Source of the DNA: a virus
Lineage: Duplodnaviria; Caudoviricetes
Direction: 5' to 3' (one strand)
Length of the DNA stretch: 64,000 nucleotides
IMG/VR virus record: IMGVR_UViG_2786546905_000002
Coordinates: 15,455 to 79,454 of that record
Every line of letters starts with the position of its first letter. Position 1 is the stretch's first letter. This document shows positions 16,482 to 26,700 of this stretch, one piece after another. A model generated the notes under the pieces. The model was not told the DNA's origin. It saw only the letters and a list, made by a program, of their open reading frames with translations, and did no database searches. A program made the position numbers and the translations under genes.

Positions 16482-18308
16482 TTAGTTGATCAGTTGCCAT
16501 GTAGCGTTGGATGGGTTGGTTTGGAAACCATTTATTTTTGGCAGGTAGTTGTTTGAACCATGACCACACGCGTACAGCTTTCCTGCGCGGGTTAAACAAT
16601 AAGTCGTTTGGTCATTGTAGTGTTGCGCTGTATACATACCTACAACCTCATCACCCTTATCAATCGGAACCTGACGTACTTTCATGGTCTTGTAGCTGGC
16701 TTCTTTGTCTTTGAGCCCGTAGCCACCAGCACCATAACGATTGGTACCAAAGTAACAATACATACCGCGCTCATTCCAGAACACCTGATCCATTAGGTAT
16801 GGAGTGTAAGAGCCGCTGCATTGGAAATTGCACTTAGGGCTACTTAGACCTGACAGGTTTACGTCCCTTGGGCGAGATAGATCTGCAGCCTTTGCAGCCC
16901 ATCGGTTGTTATGGTTCATGCCCCATACGCGATATGTATTACTTTGCTTCATAATATGAGAGCCGTAATGCCCTCCACTGTAAAGCTCCATTACATTGGT
17001 TGCGACTCGAACAAACGTTGTTGAATCAGTATGAGTACCACGACCTGCAGCGTAATTGGCACCATCACCAGCAAAATAAAGCTCACCACTATTGGTGCGA
17101 ATGAATGTAAAGCCCGCTGCAGATTCGCCGCCGCCTGTGTGGTAGCCGTACCCACCGCGAATCTCTTCAATCTTGGCTACAAGGCCGGTCGACAAGTTTA
17201 CTTTTTTCCATGTGCTGGTATTTGTTGTTGAACCTATACCTAGCTGGCCCTGACCGTTATAGCCACAAGCAAAAAGTTTATTGTCCGTGGTAACTAAGAA
17301 CGTACATCCATACCACCCACCCATTGAGAATATTTTCTTTACTTTTTGTGCGGCGATATTTTCAGGCAGAGCAATTAACCGACCTGAATTAGCAGTAATT
17401 GCAGACGTATTGCCGTCCCCAGTTCGACCATAAGCATTCGCGCCAAAAGCCATAATTTTCGTTCTAGTTTTGTCTCTCACGTAGAACATGGGAGTGCGGC
17501 CATAACAGAAGTCTATAGGCTTCCAATATTCAGTCACTTCCTTAATGATTGGCGTTGGTGAGAAACGATTCGCTGCTTGGCCACCCATCCCGCCATAGCT
17601 AGCGTTACCACAGCCCCAAATTTCATGTAGATTATTTTCTCGGTTGTACAAGACAAAGTATGAGGTTTGATGCCCCATAAAGACGTCTTCAACTTCATGA
17701 GTGCTGTAAGGGAGATTTATCAGAACAAATCCAAACTGATTAACCGCTTGCCCCTCGCCTTGCCCTAGTGCGTAATCATCGCTAAGACCAAAACCGTACA
17801 AACGGCCATTTTTCATCAATGCAAATCGCTGTCTCCACCCGCCATGGAGGAATAGTTTCTCGACGGCCATCGAGCCTGCACCGGCTTGTTCAGCTGCCGT
17901 TTTGACGGCTAGAGCACTGGCGTACTTTGTCGAGCTAGAGTCGTTAATGTCACTGGTAATGTTTCGATTGTTGGGGCTGAAAACTCGCTGGGTACCATCG
18001 TATACCCCTTTCTTACCCGTGACCTTATGGTCTGATTCAAAGTCTTTAAAAGCGCGAATGTACTTGTCGGTAAAGTCGATTGTAGAGTCACCAGCGGCAT
18101 TATTTGAAATAGCCACTGTGCCATTCTCATGGATAGTGATATGAGCGTTTTTGCCATGCAGGCCAGCCATGAGCTCGCCATCCACAGGCTGAAATGAATA
18201 AGAGACTTGGTATTGAGGGTTTCCACCATCAATGACAAATGACTTGGCGGTGCTTTTCCCGCGAACGTCATGATTGCCGTGTACTTTTGTTGGGCCTAAC
18301 TCAGCCAT
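16482..18308 (-). CDS. Tail-associated adhesin with RCC1/BLIP-II-like beta-propeller repeats
   Basis: Repeated (L/I)(Y/W/F)(G/A)xG-N-x-GQLG units. The N-terminal QRVFSPNNRNI...YASALAVK module is shared with the neighbouring fibre. Confidence 0.65.
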   Translation of the reverse strand: MAELGPTKVHGNHDVRGKSTAKSFVIDGGNPQYQVSYSFQPVDGELMAGLHGKNAHITIHENGTVAISNNAAGDSTIDFTDKYIRAFKDFESDHKVTGKKGVYDGTQRVFSPNNRNITSDINDSSSTKYASALAVKTAAEQAGAGSMAVEKLFLHGGWRQRFALMKNGRLYGFGLSDDYALGQGEGQAVNQFGFVLINLPYSTHEVEDVFMGHQTSYFVLYNRENNLHEIWGCGNASYGGMGGQAANRFSPTPIIKEVTEYWKPIDFCYGRTPMFYVRDKTRTKIMAFGANAYGRTGDGNTSAITANSGRLIALPENIAAQKVKKIFSMGGWYGCTFLVTTDNKLFACGYNGQGQLGIGSTTNTSTWKKVNLSTGLVAKIEEIRGGYGYHTGGGESAAGFTFIRTNSGELYFAGDGANYAAGRGTHTDSTTFVRVATNVMELYSGGHYGSHIMKQSNTYRVWGMNHNNRWAAKAADLSRPRDVNLSGLSSPKCNFQCSGSYTPYLMDQVFWNERGMYCYFGTNRYGAGGYGLKDKEASYKTMKVRQVPIDKGDEVVGMYTAQHYNDQTTYCLTRAGKLYACGHGSNNYLPKINGFQTNPSNATWQLIN

Positions 18309-18366
18309 GCTGCCTACCTCTAAAAGTAAGCGGCGTTTTGGTTAAGAACGGGGAACTGTTCTTAGT

Positions 18367-21300
18367 TTATACTTCTATGAAGTTTTGAGAAACAAAGGCA
18401 CCGTGTTTCTTTGCTCCGCATTCGTCATCATACTCTACACCATTGCTGTAAGAGTGAATCAAAGGCACATGGTCACAACCGTTTAAGATATCCTCCAGTG
18501 GCATTTCTGACCCGTCCATAGCTTCTACGCGTGGCTTATAGAATGACTGTTTCGTGTTGGTGATTGTTGAGTAATACAGATAAGAGCGTGCGCGGCCCTT
18601 AACGGCATTCGCACCCCAACGATAAGGCGTCAGACCCGACTGAATCTTGGTACCGTCAGCTTTATAAATACCATCGTCTGTAAATGTCTCTGCAGTGGTA
18701 CCCGCTGGATAGACGTAAGCCACCAGCAACATCCAATCATTGTCGTGGCCACTTGGAACGGCACCAGCATAGAAATATGGATTTCCGTTTGCGCTGCCGC
18801 CTAGACTCTCTAGTGCGGTTTTATTTGCACTATCAAGACCGTAGCAACCCCAGTACATCGAACCATTGCCCGTAACGTCGCGCTTTATCCAAATGCAGTA
18901 ACGATAGGCTTTAGTCTTATCGATAGGGAATGATGAGCTATTAAAGCCACCGTCTGAATCACTGCTCGCGCTATTGCTTGGCGTTTGCCACATCACATCC
19001 ATTTCGCCTTGCGGGTTCTCATCAATAACGATGTTATTCTCTTCGGCCCCACCATTGCGACCAAAACCAACCGCCGACGTATCACCAATACGCCACGTTG
19101 AATAGTCAAGTAATGTAGGTTTAAAGTTGTTCTCAATGATCGCTCTTGAGCTCACGATGCCCTGCTTGTTTATGTTGGTGTGCTCTTTACCCTCACTGAT
19201 TTCAAAGCCATTGCGAAGAACGTAGAGTTCTACGTGACGCACCGTTGTAGGTGTGCTCGGCGCTAGAGCTGGGATACCTAGCCCATGAGTCACCTTAGAG
19301 CCAAGGGCGTAATACCAGTTTGTGGAATACGTACAAGCCTCTGCGATACAACTAGTGGGAGAATCCGATAACTTCATTGCCCCAAAGCGTGACTTATCTT
19401 TACCAGCTGGGAACTTAATCAGTTTAAAGCCACGGGCCGTGGATTCGTTGATGTTGTTCTGTTGCTTCCAGATAATTTCAATATCGTGCTCTGGGTATAC
19501 CAGCTTAAACGTGAGTTCGTCCTGACCGTTACGATACTGTTCTAAATCGCCTAATCGGCTGTATTTTGCATCATTAGGGTTAAGACCAACCGGCTCGAAC
19601 AACTCATTTCCTGACCACCACTGCTTAGTTTGCGTTAGATCGTGGTTATACACCTTTTCCCATGGCAACTCTTTGATGCTGCTAGCGCGGAGTTCTCCAG
19701 ACTTACTCAAGGATGCTGCAGTGTGATACAGCGCTTTAATGTCATCATCAGACATAAGACCACCAGACAGCTCCCACCCTGCAATATCACCCATGAATGA
19801 CTCATGGAAGTAATCTGAATAGGCGCGAGGGTGGCCACCAATGGTCCATTTGTTTGCTGGTGGATTATTAAAGGATGCGGTTTCGTGGAAGTTGTAACTA
19901 CTGACCAGCTTCACACCGTCAACAAAGAGCGACACCGTTTTACTTTGATAAGAGAATCGAGCTGAAAACAAGTGCCATTCGCTGTCATTGGTGGCCAGTG
20001 GTACTGTTGGATCTTTTGTTCCCCAGCCGTGCATCTGGAAACGGTTGTTTTGAATACCGAACCACAAGTCGCCATAAATTCCAGATTCAATGAATTCTTG
20101 ACTGTTATATGTGGCCAGAGGATAACGATCCCCGCTTGGCAAGGTGCCGTGACGCGCCCATACATTGAGAGTGAAGCCATCACCGTGCTTTGCGTCGGTG
20201 AAAATCATTTCTCGACCGTCATTGTTGGTCGTTTCATCACGGTTTACGGTTGGAAAGTGGTAATAGCCGCCTCCTTTTGGCGCTGTTGAGTCCTTTTTCC
20301 AGACTGGTGCTTGGTTGAGTTTTAGCTGGCCAATAGATAACCCCCCAACAATATCCTGATTCATTAGATCGATGCTCGAAAAACCGGTGGCCCACTCTCG
20401 ACGCTCCAGCTGGATCTTATCCGCGTATAGTCTAGAGCCCTCGGCGCTGTAGTTGCCATAAAAATAAATCGATAAGTTAGCTTCGATATTGACGGACGCA
20501 GGAATGTAAGTGGAATAAATGTGGTGTTCCCAAGTGTTGTTGACCTTGTTCACATGCGTTCTTTTGTGAGGCAACCATGTGCGTTTGCCATTGGTCCCGA
20601 TTACGTAGAAACCTACATTGAACCCAGCCAATGAGCCCCCAGCGTTTTGCTCTACTTTTTGCATCCAAGATATAGTAATAGGATCGCCAATCTTAAAGCC
20701 CAAATCGTCAAGATTACCAAGAGAGGTGGCAGTACCTAACCAGCGCTTAGCTTGGCCATGCTTCGCATTGTCGTTGATATGAAGAATACAGTTGCCACCA
20801 TCGACGCCCTGACCAGCGACACCCATGGCATGGTACCCAATGTTTGGTGAGGGTACGCCACTGTTGTAACCACCGGACCAGTTGTTAAGTGAGATAGCGT
20901 CAGCATGTAGGGTTTTATCCCATCCGTAGCTGTTTGTTGTCGACGCACCGCCATTCAATAGCGGGTTATTAATGATATTTTCGGTAACGTTGCACTCTTC
21001 GGAGAAAGAGAAGTTAGCGATATCACCACGGGCCAATTCTTTAATCGTCTTAAGTGAAATAGCGCCATCGTACAAACGCACATCTTGGAGATGGGATTTT
21101 GCGGTGTGGTGAGCGTGAAGATTCAACGTTGTACCGGCTTTAATAGGACAGATTTCGCCTTGAACACCATAGGTACCATCAAGCTGGCCATTCAACCATA
21201 CTTCAATTGTGCTGCCTTTACGGCGCACCACAACGTGAAACCATGAGTTGATAGAACCTGCTTTTGTCGCTGAAGCATTATGGCGAACAGAACCATTACC

Positions 21301-21663
21301 TGATTTTGCGCCATTGAACCAGTTACACCAGTAATCCGGTGCGTTGGTGTTAACACTGATATCGCCACGTTCGAAACGAGCCGTAGCTGCGCCACCGTCA
21401 GGTGTGTAGCTAATAATATCCCCCCAATCAACCACGCCAGACGCATAAGATTGTCGAACCCAAAAGGCCAGCGTGGCCTCGGTACCTGATAACACCTTAT
21501 CCAAGGTTTTTGACTTGGGAATAGCAAGAATGTCAGCTAAGGCCTTATTCGATAAGACCCCGCCGACGTCAGACGGCTGAGTGGAATTGGTCGGGTGATT
21601 CCCATTACCCGACCAGTCCTTAGCGTCTTTGTGAAGTGGATACCACGCCAACAAATTAGCCAT
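18367..21663 (-). CDS. Multi-domain LamG/lectin-like tail accessory protein
   Basis: LLAWYPL...DWSGNGNH, WFHVVVRRKG, LQDVRLYDGA; second LamG-like unit WHLFSARF...FVDGVK...FMGDIA. Confidence 0.65.
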   Translation of the reverse strand: MANLLAWYPLHKDAKDWSGNGNHPTNSTQPSDVGGVLSNKALADILAIPKSKTLDKVLSGTEATLAFWVRQSYASGVVDWGDIISYTPDGGAATARFERGDISVNTNAPDYWCNWFNGAKSGNGSVRHNASATKAGSINSWFHVVVRRKGSTIEVWLNGQLDGTYGVQGEICPIKAGTTLNLHAHHTAKSHLQDVRLYDGAISLKTIKELARGDIANFSFSEECNVTENIINNPLLNGGASTTNSYGWDKTLHADAISLNNWSGGYNSGVPSPNIGYHAMGVAGQGVDGGNCILHINDNAKHGQAKRWLGTATSLGNLDDLGFKIGDPITISWMQKVEQNAGGSLAGFNVGFYVIGTNGKRTWLPHKRTHVNKVNNTWEHHIYSTYIPASVNIEANLSIYFYGNYSAEGSRLYADKIQLERREWATGFSSIDLMNQDIVGGLSIGQLKLNQAPVWKKDSTAPKGGGYYHFPTVNRDETTNNDGREMIFTDAKHGDGFTLNVWARHGTLPSGDRYPLATYNSQEFIESGIYGDLWFGIQNNRFQMHGWGTKDPTVPLATNDSEWHLFSARFSYQSKTVSLFVDGVKLVSSYNFHETASFNNPPANKWTIGGHPRAYSDYFHESFMGDIAGWELSGGLMSDDDIKALYHTAASLSKSGELRASSIKELPWEKVYNHDLTQTKQWWSGNELFEPVGLNPNDAKYSRLGDLEQYRNGQDELTFKLVYPEHDIEIIWKQQNNINESTARGFKLIKFPAGKDKSRFGAMKLSDSPTSCIAEACTYSTNWYYALGSKVTHGLGIPALAPSTPTTVRHVELYVLRNGFEISEGKEHTNINKQGIVSSRAIIENNFKPTLLDYSTWRIGDTSAVGFGRNGGAEENNIVIDENPQGEMDVMWQTPSNSASSDSDGGFNSSSFPIDKTKAYRYCIWIKRDVTGNGSMYWGCYGLDSANKTALESLGGSANGNPYFYAGAVPSGHDNDWMLLVAYVYPAGTTAETFTDDGIYKADGTKIQSGLTPYRWGANAVKGRARSYLYYSTITNTKQSFYKPRVEAMDGSEMPLEDILNGCDHVPLIHSYSNGVEYDDECGAKKHGAFVSQNFIEV

Positions 21664-21676
21664 TAATCATTACTCC

Positions 21677-23752
21677 TTAGTGGAAAACAAAGTTGATTGA
21701 TTCTGTAGCAGCATCAAACTTGATACCAGCTTTGGACGTTAAACCTATCTCGTCGTTGAACGTCTTCTTACCGGCTACAGTCTGATTGCCAGACGTTTGC
21801 ACAAATGCTGTTGAGTCTTTGCCGTCTAACTTGTTTGCGTCTGCTGCTTTCGCTGTCTTACCTAAGTAACGGCCATCACCAGTAGCTTGCGTCATCTTGC
21901 CATTAGCAAGGTTGTAAGCTGACACCGCTTTGTCGTAAGCCGTTTTGACACCTTTGGCCGTCGCATACTTCGTTGTGCTTGCATCGTTTACAGCGCTTGT
22001 TTGAGGCGCATTCACAACTGAGCTCAAACCAACATCCGATTTAGTCAAGGTTAACCATGCTTTCATGGCCGTCTTGGTCATCGCTCGGAGGAAGTTATCG
22101 TTTGAGTTGTTGTTGCGGAATACGATTGCAGCGCTTGATGATGGCGCAGAGGTTTGGTTGTCGTAAGTTGTTCGAACTAGACGAGCAGACAAATCACCAG
22201 AGCCATCACGCTGGGCGATTGTGTTACCCGATGGTGCCGTGCTTTGAACTTTACCGCCTAGCTTGGCAGAATCAGCCGCTTTGGCTGCCTTGCCTAACCA
22301 CCAGCCATCACCTTGTGCTTTAGTGATCTTGCTTGCGGCAAGGTCATACGCTGCTTTAACCGCTTTTGCACTCGCGTAGATCGTGCTCGATGTGCTCGTC
22401 ACGGAATCCGTGATATTGCGGTTGTTCGGGCTGAATACGCGCTGGCCAGCTTCATAGATATTGTTGGCAACACGTAAGCCGTCTCTTTTCAGCGTCGCCT
22501 CTTCAATACCGTCAATCGTCCATTTAAAGAACTCATTGCCGTTATCAAGCGTGCCAAACTCAAGGTATGAGTTAGTATCACCGTCAGAGTCATTCTTGAA
22601 CTTAATGAATGCACCGTCAGTGTTGCGCGTCCAGAAAATACCCTCATTGTTATCAACAAACGTGATATTTCCTTTCATGGTACCGCCGTTTTTCGGCAGT
22701 GCAGCACTCGCTAAGTTATAGGCGGAGTTGCCCTTATTTAGCGCTTCGACACCTTTGTCATAAGCAGTTTTAACAGCTTTCGAACTTGCATAGACAGACG
22801 TGTTAGAGCTGTTAATCGCTTCACTAATGTTGCGGTTGTTCGGGCTGAATACGCGCTGACCTTTCTCATACAAGCCCGTTGCATTGAACTTAACGATCTC
22901 TTCGGCTCGACCGCCAACCATTCTACGGAATGAGAAGTTGGAAGCATCGCCATCGGCATCGTTGTTGTGAGTAAAGAAGATCGAGCTGTCATCGACGTGA
23001 ACCGAAACATTGTCGTCTTGGCCCGTTTGCGAATTGGAGCTTCTTTGAAAACGAAATGGAGTGCTACCAGCGCTGGTGTTGACGTTGATGCCTTTCGCGT
23101 TCAGCACAGAGGATAAGGTACCCCCGACAAGCTTGAGATAGCGACGATCGGCGCTTGCCTGCGTCATCTTGCTTGCTGCCAAGTCATAAGCGGCCTTAAC
23201 CGCTTTTGGCGTAGCCGCTAGAGCCTCGCTGGTAGAGTTAATCGCACTTGATAGCTTAGTTGCACCAAACACACTGGTCGATGCCACCACATAGGACCAC
23301 TTTGAGTTGGCTTTACTCAAGGCTTGAACTGCTTTGTCATACGCTGACTTAACCGACCTAGCACTGCCATAGACAGTGCTTGATGGATTGTTGACGGCAT
23401 CGGTGATGTTGCGGTTATTTGGGCTGTAAACACGCTGGCGGTTGCTACCATTACCATCGAATACGGCTAGGCCCCACAAGCCATCCCCTCCCATTGCTGC
23501 TTTAGGGTTGCCATTTTCAACCCATACAGCTTGGTGGCTACCGGCCATAGTGCCACCAGTTTTGTTATTGGTGTGTTTGTAAGCCAGTCCGTAAAGATTG
23601 CCGAAATTAGAACCGTCAGCCGCGTTTTTATATGATTCCCCCATAGACCAGATTTGATCGGTTTTGTGAGAATCATAGACCCCCACAACACCGCGATCTC
23701 TTGCTTGAGAAATTAGAACCCCGTTGAGGTAAACGTTGTTTAGCTTTTGCAT
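21677..23752 (-). CDS. Second tail fibre protein
   Basis: Fibre repeats ATPKAVKAAYDLA and three QRV(Y/F)SPNNRNI modules. Confidence 0.8.
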   Translation of the reverse strand: MQKLNNVYLNGVLISQARDRGVVGVYDSHKTDQIWSMGESYKNAADGSNFGNLYGLAYKHTNNKTGGTMAGSHQAVWVENGNPKAAMGGDGLWGLAVFDGNGSNRQRVYSPNNRNITDAVNNPSSTVYGSARSVKSAYDKAVQALSKANSKWSYVVASTSVFGATKLSSAINSTSEALAATPKAVKAAYDLAASKMTQASADRRYLKLVGGTLSSVLNAKGINVNTSAGSTPFRFQRSSNSQTGQDDNVSVHVDDSSIFFTHNNDADGDASNFSFRRMVGGRAEEIVKFNATGLYEKGQRVFSPNNRNISEAINSSNTSVYASSKAVKTAYDKGVEALNKGNSAYNLASAALPKNGGTMKGNITFVDNNEGIFWTRNTDGAFIKFKNDSDGDTNSYLEFGTLDNGNEFFKWTIDGIEEATLKRDGLRVANNIYEAGQRVFSPNNRNITDSVTSTSSTIYASAKAVKAAYDLAASKITKAQGDGWWLGKAAKAADSAKLGGKVQSTAPSGNTIAQRDGSGDLSARLVRTTYDNQTSAPSSSAAIVFRNNNSNDNFLRAMTKTAMKAWLTLTKSDVGLSSVVNAPQTSAVNDASTTKYATAKGVKTAYDKAVSAYNLANGKMTQATGDGRYLGKTAKAADANKLDGKDSTAFVQTSGNQTVAGKKTFNDEIGLTSKAGIKFDAATESINFVFH

Positions 23753-23755
23753 AAG

Positions 23756-26700
23756 TTACCCCATGATCTTTGCTAGTTTCACAGTGAAAGGCACTGCTTT
23801 GGAAAGAGATTTGTTGCACATGATTTCGACTTTCTGGTCGATTTTGTTGCCAAGCTCTGTGCGAGTTCGAAGGAAGATGTATTCGCTGTTATCCGCATGA
23901 CCCATGTTGTGCAGAGGAATCTCTGATAGGTCGACTTGGTTTGTGCCGCCAGCGAACCAATAGAATTGGCCCGTGTAGCTTTGGGTGTAAGCATTCCCGC
24001 CTTTGCCAGCGCTGCTGTACTGAATGAGGATCTGGTAAACCCCGCTTCCACCTTTAAAGTCAGAATTGTTCAGTAGGCCTTTCCATGCGTTAGCGGTGAG
24101 CTGCAGCGTTTTAACCGATTCGCTATTGACGGCGAGCTGTTTGGATTGCTTGGCATCGTCGTTAATGCCAAGGTACTTGGCGGATAGCTTTTGGCTGCCC
24201 TCAATGAAGCAGTCAGAAACCCACATACGGCCTTTTTCAGCACTAATGTAGGCTCTGGCATCACCATCACTGGCGAAGTAAGCGCCCCAACCGATACAAC
24301 CAGCATCTTTTGCCGCTTTTAGGAATCCAGCATTAGTGTGCGAGTAACCAATACCGTACATGTTGCCAAGCGAGGTATCTGACGGTTGGTAGTTGCTACC
24401 AATCGTGTAGATAGGGTTCGTTTTACCACTGTTCTCACCCACGTTGTTGTAAGAGCCAACCATATAACCTGCAGCGTGCGCCGTTCGTCCGATGTAGCTT
24501 TGGTTTAGTACGGGGTTTCTAAACGTGGTTTGGCCGTTTATTGTGATCTTGCCAAAATCGTTGCCGTAGTTAATTTCCAGCCCCAAAGTTGAATGACCGA
24601 CAAGCGCACGTTTACCGCGACAAAGCAGATCTTGGTTGCCGTTTGTGTCCCAAAATGACTTAACAAAATTATCTAGCTTCACATGCTTAGGTTGTGCCCC
24701 AACCTCTGCTGCCGTTGGCTTATGGTGTGTGCTGTATGCTTTTGCAACACTCACATCCACTTTTTTGCTTGATGTTGGTTTGGTGCTATCAACAATGTCG
24801 ACAACACGGTTTATACGTTGCCCTTTGCCGTTCGCATCCCAAACCATGACAGAGAACGATTGCCAGTAGCCCATTCTTGGGAACCAGAACCACAATTTGC
24901 CATCACTACCATTCATCATGGTGATCTTGTCGGTAAACTCACCACTTAAGGCCAAGGCAGATACACTCATGAAGCCGTTGTTATAGAGATAGCCTTGAGC
25001 TGTCACACTAAATGGGGGCGCACCGCTGTATGACTTTCCGGTGATCTCCATGACAAACGACGGTCCATTTTTTTCAGACGATGTGAGATCGGTTTTAATC
25101 AACGTCCCGTGCGTAAAGTCACTTTGAGAATTGAAAGGAACAATTCGAGATAGAGTGTGGCCACTAATTTTGCTCGTATCTGCTGCTCTATCTGTTTTAC
25201 CTAAGTAGTAGCTATCACCTTGCGATTTGCTGAGCTTACTAGCTGCAAGGTCATAGGCCATTTTTACCGCTTTAGGTGTGGCCGCTAACGTTTCGCTGGT
25301 TGAATTGATCGCGGTCAGTAGCTTGGTTGCACCGTAAGTTGTTTTTGAAGCAACAACATAGGTCCATTTTGAGTTGGCCTTGTTTAGTGCTTCGACGCCT
25401 TTATCGTGGGCCTTTTTAACAGCTCTGGCTGTGGCAGCAAGAACTTGGCTTGTTGAGCCTACCGAGTCGGTAAGCTGAACAGCACCCTTTTGACCTGTCG
25501 TTGCATCTTTAATCCCGATAACGCGATTAGCTGATAAATCACCGCCACCGGTTAACGGGCCGCTAACAGAGACTTTGGTGGTCTTGTTTGCTTTTTTCCC
25601 TAGCTCAGTGTTGATGGCGCCAATATCAGAGTCGTTGTCTTTGAGCGCTTCACCTAGCTCTCGGATAGTATCGAGATCCTGTTGAGTTGCGCCGCCAAGT
25701 AACTTGCTGATTTCTGCGTTGGTGTGGTTTTTAGCGTTGTTCTCTGCAGCTACGGCGCGATTGTAAGTATCACGAACGGCTTTTGAGCTGGCCACAGTTG
25801 TAGTTGAAGTGGAACTTACCGAGTTAGAGATAGACGACTTGGCCACTTTGGCGTTAGCAGCATTTAGCGCCTCTGTACCTCGGTCGTAAGCCGTTTTTGC
25901 CCCTTTCGCTGTTGCGTACTTCGTTGTGCTCGAATCGTTTACCGCGCTCGTTTGAGGCGCGTTAACCACATGATTCAGGCCTACGTCATTCTTATTGGGC
26001 TTGTTAGCTTCGGTGTAAATCGCAGAAGCAACACCCCAAGAGGTTGAATCGTAGTCTGGCTGTAGATGGAAAATTTTCTTAGCGGTTTTGCTAAACGCAA
26101 GGGCGTTCGGCTTACCACCTGTCGCATCCGAATAGGTATCAAGAAGTAACAGATCGCTGTAACCCGAACCAGCACCTACGGTTGGCGATGATACAAAGAA
26201 CGGCTTAACCGCTTTTCTTGCTGAAATCCCCGATGTTTTTGGTTGAACATCACGATCATCTACGGCTTCTAAACGGTGCGCGTCATGTGCTTTTACCGCT
26301 GTGCTGGTCTTACCTAGTTTGGTATCAATTGCTTTCTTAATGTTATTCAGTTCAGTAGATAAGCCGTCAATATTGCCGATAACATGGTTGTGAGAGTCAT
26401 CCTTAACCGTAACCGTGATCGTTTTGTTGCCAGAACCGTCGAACGTGGTCGAACCGGTAGCGTCACCAGCAAGTGCGATAGTACGAGCCGATTGCAGTTT
26501 AGTCGCCGTCTGAGCTGCTGGGAGGCTGGCTGAAACCGTGTCCTGAACAGTGTCAAATTGAGAGGTAATACTTACTGTCCACCCCGCGGCGTACTTGGTT
26601 GCGTCGGCTGAGTAACCAACTAGAACGTTAAACACTCCAATCTGCAGATGATTCCAAGTGCTATTTAATTCACCAATCCAAAGACAGTGACTAGTACCGT

